From: Chlorokybus atmophyticus | Taxonomy: Eukaryota > Plantae > Mesostigma and Chlorokybus algae | Assembly: GCA_009103225.1 (NCBI GenBank) | Contig: RHPI01001412.1 | Coordinates: 101,840-165,839, forward strand | DNA length: 64,000 nucleotides | Direction: 5' to 3' | Shown here: positions 58,746 through 64,000 of the stretch, piece by piece | Layout: each line of letters opens with the position of its first letter | How positions within the stretch are numbered: the first letter of the stretch is position 1 | Translations under genes and position numbers: made by a program | Notes under the pieces: generated by a model | Database searches by the model: none | What the model saw: only the letters and a program-made list of their open reading frames with translations | Told to the model about the DNA's origin: nothing

Positions 58746-60479
58746 GTGTTTGGCAGCGTGGTTGCAAGGCACTAGCGGTGTTGTCGAGGAGGGCGGTGGT
58801 GGATCTTTCTTCTTCAAAAAACTGCTTTGGTGTCTACCATTGGCTGGCAACCATGCATTGTAATCCAACCAAGCTGCGGCTGCCGGGCGTCGCTACAACG
58901 GGGCTTGAGCTGGTAGCGGAGAGCTGAGCTGAGCTGAGCTGAGCTTAGCTGAGCAGAATCTGAGTTGATGGTATTATTTGCCTATGACAATGTCCAATCA
59001 TCTTGTGCAGCAGGTCAAACTTACAGCAGTCAATGCACCAGTAAGAAGTTGAGAATGCATTGCTGCACCCCCGGACCGTGTCTCGACAGTAGCGTTACAC
59101 CTGGCGCACGTTTGCATGCTGAACTTGAAGTGTGCAGCCGCTAGGCTCGTACGCTTGCTACCTGTATAGCGTATAGAGAGCATGGCACTCTGGTGATGGC
59201 GTAAAACCAAACTTGTATGCATGAATGCTTAATTCATGCACACTTCTTATGCAGGGTTGCATAAGTTGTTACAGTGTAACAACTTGTGCACGGCTTGTGG
59301 GTCAACAATGCCGAAATGGGCAGTCACGCGTGCCACTCACTACACAAGTAGTCTGCTTTGTATGGCTTGCCAAGGTCCCTACAGTGGTAATCAGGCCATG
59401 CCATGCAAAGGGACCATCATGTAGTACTCCGGGAGTATGGTCCGCCTTTACAGCAGAGATGGCAGCAACTTGTTCAGCGGCAGGACCAGCTGGTTGTGTA
59501 ACCTTGTGCTGTGCGAAGACTTACCATGTTGCATGCATGCTGCATGCAGTTAGCTAGTTGTGGTCAGTGAAATAAATGAGTGGGAGTTGGTGTGTCTCGC
59601 GCGTGTGCAGGTATGCTGCATGCTATACTTTAGGTGCTTTGCGCGTGGGTATGTGCACGCATGCTATGATGTACAAAAGATGCGACATGCATAGCGTGCA
59701 TGCCGCAGTCAAACCACATGTATACGTTAGGTAAGCATGCGCATACCAACATCAGCCATGCACACTCACCATAACCGTGCCTATACACAAGACCCTAGCG
59801 CTCTGCAACACTACTTTTGTCATAACTACTACCACTTGCAACACTCAGTGGTGGTTGAACCACCGACCCCGTTAGTCATGCATGCACGTAAGTACACCTA
59901 TTACCTGCACGCAGTGAATTGGCCGGCGGTTAATGTCAACAGTGGTCCACGATAGCAGCAGTTGCACGCAGGCAAACACAGTCGGTGGTAATGCTCCCAC
60001 TCCCCCTCTCTTGCTCTCCCCACCCTGTCTCTCCTCCCTCCCTGTCTCCCTCCCCTCCGCTGTCGCACAGTCTCGCTGCCACCTACGCACTGCAGCATGC
60101 TGTCGTCGCTGCACCCGCTCCGACCCTCAATGCCGCAAGGTCCCTGGTGTCCGCACTCTGCCTGGTGCGCACGCAGTCGGGGTCCCTTTGCGTTCCCGGC
60201 TCACTTGTCAGTGATGCAATGCCATGCACGGTACCGTGCAGTCACTACTAGCTACACGGTGTAGCTAAACAATACTGCTCAGCTGTATGCATAGGCCACA
60301 CATTAGCAAAACTGAGAATTTGCAATACTGATAGAGTCCTTACTCATACATGAGAGATGAAATATATATGAGCTTAATCTTGGGTAGGGGACCAATATGT
60401 ACATGCGTGCTTAGCAGCTGAGTCAGGCTATACAGTTACACAGTTTGTTATTGATTCCCCAGCTATGCTCTGCTTTAAC

Positions 60480-61080
60480 TCATTTCGCAGCCGTCCACAC
60501 CTAAATCTTGTCATCCTCACTGTCGACTTTGAGATTGTATAATCCATGACGTGTGCACACGCCGCCTCGCAGGTGCCTCCAAAATTCGCGAGGTTGACAA
60601 GAGTGGCGCACAGGGTAACAACCTTGCCCTCAACCTTGCCGACAATCTTGTTTTCTTGCAAAGCCCGGCAGCAGCTTCGCAAGCTTGAGGTTGGCACGCA
60701 ACAAGGCACCTCGCAAAGCCAACACTTCAGCTGTTTCCGCTCGCAGCGGGAACGACCCCAGACACCGTCACAATGTAGTAATAACGACACAAACAGCGCT
60801 GCTCATTACGCGGCCTTCTAATCACGCATGCACTACTCTCTGCACAACCGTGCCAAAGCTGAGGTAGCCTGCCCTGTTGAACTGGCTTAAGCTGCTTGAG
60901 TCATTGTGTCCTAGCAAATGAACCGACATCAGGGGCCAAGAACGCATTGTTTGATGTGTAGCAAGCAGTACAAGCACTGACTGTAAGATCCTACTGCGGT
61001 ATGAATGCAACAAGCGAAGTACATCTTGAAACAATACAACTCTGAAGTGTGTAGACTGTACTGCTGTCACGTGAACCTTG
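60480..61080 (-). pseudogene. DUF7918-like family copy (highly decayed, 5' end missing)
   Basis: LGSFPLRAETAEVLALRGALLRANLKLAKLLPG and downstream acidic/VWT homology. Confidence 0.65.
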
Positions 61081-61126
61081 ACAGCAGTGGCAAGCATGCC
61101 AAGAGGCAACTCACCGCTAACATGCC

Positions 61127-61675
61127 CTACGCACCGCCCTGCTCTGCAAACTGGGAGAGTGCGTAGTTGCCCGGCGCGTGGCCGAAAGGCACCGTCTCCC
61201 CATTCAAAAAAATCAGGCCCCTCCCACTGATGCTCATGTCGCAGTCGGCAAGGAAGTCGTTGCCGAGCACGATGGAAAAAATCTGGGTGTTGACAACGGC
61301 GAAGGTGAAGGTGACTGCTCTGTTGATGTTTCCGGAATCGTCACCCAGGGGCAGGTTCAGGGTGGCGGTGACCACCCTGTTCACCTCCTCCCTGTTGGGG
61401 CCCCGGACGAGGATAATCGGGCGGGGGGGCGGCCTCACCTCCAGGCCCAGGTCCCTGACAATGTTGGAGGCGATGGTGGAGATGTTGGAGCCCGTCGACA
61501 CGGGGCACACCACCGGTGAGCCCGCTATTCTCGCCCGCACAACTGGTATCCCCGGCTCCCTGGCCTCTTCCCTATCCCCACCAACAACCCCACTACTCCC
61601 AGCGCTCCCGCTCGTCCTCGCCGTCTGCACGAGTGGCCCGCCGCCCCTCCTCGCCGACTGCGGCCGAGGAGGCAT
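61127..61675 (-). CDS. Retropepsin-like (A2/Ddi1-type) aspartic protease-fold protein with catalytic DTG replaced by STG (182 aa)
   Basis: IPVVRARIAGSPVVCPVSTGSNISTIASNIVRDLGL ... FAVVNTQIFSIVLGNDFL; intact ORF, GC-rich codons, ATG after an acceptor-like gtgcttacag. Confidence 0.7.
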   Translation of the reverse strand: MPPRPQSARRGGGPLVQTARTSGSAGSSGVVGGDREEAREPGIPVVRARIAGSPVVCPVSTGSNISTIASNIVRDLGLEVRPPPRPIILVRGPNREEVNRVVTATLNLPLGDDSGNINRAVTFTFAVVNTQIFSIVLGNDFLADCDMSISGRGLIFLNGETVPFGHAPGNYALSQFAEQGGA

Positions 61676-62399
61676 GGCTGGTGGCTGTAAGCACACTCTA
61701 CTTCACTTCACTTCACTCGGTAATTGAAGTTGAGCATGTCGCTGCGTTTGTAGTGCGTAAACATGAGCGTGCACATATGCGTACACGGAATCAAATCTAG
61801 TTGTAATGCTGGTTCGGCTACCGTGAACATATACAACTAATAGCGACAATACCTGCAAACAAAGGTCCATGCTTGACTGCACTCCACCAAAATACCACAG
61901 TGCTTGAGCCACTGCTTGTACTGTGGCTCCCAGCTATGGCATTCACGCGTATCAGACTGAAGATATCAAACGACTCAATTGCAGTCAACGACTTCTACTG
62001 GATGACGAAGTAATGTGGTTGTGCAAGTAACGTAGTCTGAACAAAACTAGACAATGCTGAAGGGCTACCCATGGGTTGGGCTGCATACAGCATTTTTGCA
62101 AACAGCACTCCACCTTAAGCTGACAGAGACAGAGAATGCGACTCAGCTGGTCTGGGATTGGCCATGTATACAAGCTGAGCAAGGCTTGTAGTGTGGGCTA
62201 ATGAGCGTATGTTGTTTATGGGGTGTGGGGGGCGAGTATGTCCGTGTACCGTAATCGAGAGACTCGTTGATCAAGCACAGAACCATAGTCACACTCAACC
62301 CAACAGGCCTTTATATCAAGCTCAATACCAACAAGTGACAGCTACGTGTGGGCCTGCAATCACATCACAAAGCAGCAAGACAATGTCTGGTCGCAAACA

Positions 62400-63500
62400 G
62401 CACTCGGACAGATTTCGCATAAGCGCTCAATGCGCAATGCTGCGTTGGCCACCACAGTGACGGACCAGGCTACATCCCACACTGGCTGGCACAATGACAG
62501 CTGACTGATGAAACGACGACGACGCGGAAGCTGCTTCCTTGGCATGTCCAAGCATTCAAACGATCGCTTATGAGTACGGCTACAACCAAGCATGTCGTCA
62601 TCCCAAATCCGCAGAGATGATCTGCAAGCTGGCTAGCACAGCACCAGACCAGACCGAGCCCAAGCTTACCAAGCCAGCAGGCGCAAACGCAGCACGCCAG
62701 CAAAGTGCTGCTGCCGCTTTGGCTGAAAACCCACAGCAACCACTACCCGTGTTGAGCGTCCACTTGATCTCCTCCTGACTCCTCCTCCTGCTCTGCCTCC
62801 ACCTCCACCTCCACCTCCTCCTCCGTCTCCGCCTCCGCGACGTTGCCAAGCTTGCCGTACACAGCAGCTTGAGCTCTCGCCACTAACGTTAACGGTAGAC
62901 AGTACGCGGGCACCAGTTCGGTCATCAGCGGAAGTTATGACACAGGAGCACGTTCAGATTGGCGCTCACTGGGGCCTGTCTTCAAACAGTGTGTGCGACG
63001 CAGTGGCGGTGCTGTTGGGGAGCTGGTGGCGTGTTTGTCTGCGCAGGGTGTTGAGTCAGTGTCAACCATGGCGTTTCAGCCATGCATTGTACTTCAAGTA
63101 AGCGAGCTGCAACTGCCGTCCGTCACGCTTGACTCGGTGACGCCAAGCTGAGCTGAGCTAAGCTGAGCTGAGCTGAATGCAGTCGAGCCGAGTCTGTCCT
63201 GGGTTGCTGGTGTTTCTTGCATGTGACAATGTCCAACTTGCGCAGCAGTTTTCAGCCTGTCCGCATCCAGTGCGCTAGTAAGGAGTCGAGATAAAGCGTT
63301 GCACTGTTTGCACCGTGTCCCAGCTCGACAGGAGCGTTGCACTACACGACCAGCCATGCTGAACCTTTGTGCAGCCGCAAAGGTCGCAAACTTGCTACTT
63401 GCATGCACGTATACTTGCATGTGCACAGCTGCCTTTCGTGCTGGCAGCAATGCATGTCAAGTGCTGTGCCAACGCATGCTTCAGCGTGAGAGCGGACCAG
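62400..63500 (-). repeat. Segmental repeat module, inverted homolog of about 13000-14100; its (CTCAG)n-containing part also recurs at about 16070-16430 (+) and 58760-59250 (-)
   Basis: Shared GCAAGCTTGGCAAC/Glu-rich tract, gcggcctttgcagctgcacaa-like block and cagctcagctcag microsatellite. Confidence 0.8.
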
Positions 63501-64000
63501 ACACCGTCCCTTCAGCATCAACGTAACTTCAGTACCGTAATGCCCGTGACAAACAGCGTATCCATCCCAGACTGGTCACCTGAGCAGCAGACAGACAGGC
63601 ACCATGCACGCTGCGTTCTGCTATGGTACTTGTCTCAATGACATGCAACTGCGCTTCTCCTTACTTGATCATTGCAAGTGATGCTCTGACTGATTGTCTC
63701 TCGATTCATGTGAGTCATCAGTCCAGCCTGGAGCCTGCATATGCGCGTGCATGCCAGTGCTTTCAACGTTCTCACGTGCACCCGAGGCGCCTGCATGTCT
63801 TTGGGTTGCCAACTTTTGATTTTCTTGCTCGTGCTTGTATTTTCAGGACACATGCGTGCACTCGCGCATAAGCACCCACACACTTCATGCACACGACTGC
63901 ACTGTCCAGCATGCTTTGATGAGGCATACACCGCATTACATGCGTGCGTGCGCACAGTGCGTGTGGCACACGCAGATATGACCCATGCACATGCATCCCC

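Noticed and set aside
59930-60251. Possible short gene or exon after a pyrimidine-rich tract
   Set aside because: No recognisable motif or consistent splice partners; cannot be supported.
1-64000. Prokaryotic origin or contamination suggested by bacterial-like KPR, GSDH and MTase
   Set aside because: All three are interrupted by spliceosomal introns and embedded among eukaryotic TEs.

Overview
Eukaryotic nuclear DNA. It is intron-rich (GT-AG introns, CTAAC branch points) and most likely from a green alga (inference). It contains a nested set of mobile elements and a few host genes. Host genes: the 3' part of a spliced ketopantoate reductase (216-1248) and a spliced HAD-IG 5'-nucleotidase (44850-50888). 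Mobile elements: a decayed non-chromo Ty3/Gypsy element with a 2.4-kb extra 3' region (1817-10726, TSD AACT); two near-identical, very young chromoviral Ty3/Gypsy copies in inverted orientation (16487-23321 + and 29191-36046 -); and a fragment of a CRESS-virus-like SF3 helicase (about 15591-16060). The main discovery is a large DNA transposon at 23445-42003, about 11.7 kb once the nested LTR element is removed. It has perfect 27-bp TIRs and a 4-bp GCAC TSD. It encodes a Sola2-like DDD transposase on the minus strand. Divergently on the plus strand it carries a 13-exon cargo gene for a ParB/Srx-like domain, a beta-class amino-(6mA/4mC) DNA methyltransferase-like domain and a PHD-like finger. 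Both genes carry inactivating mutations in this copy. The window also holds seven copies (two intact) of an uncharacterised DUF7918-like gene family in two convergent clusters, a bacterial-type PQQ sugar dehydrogenase pseudogene with introns, a catalytically altered retropepsin-like ORF, and a perfect 64-bp palindrome. All family assignments come from manual motif recognition; no database searches were run.
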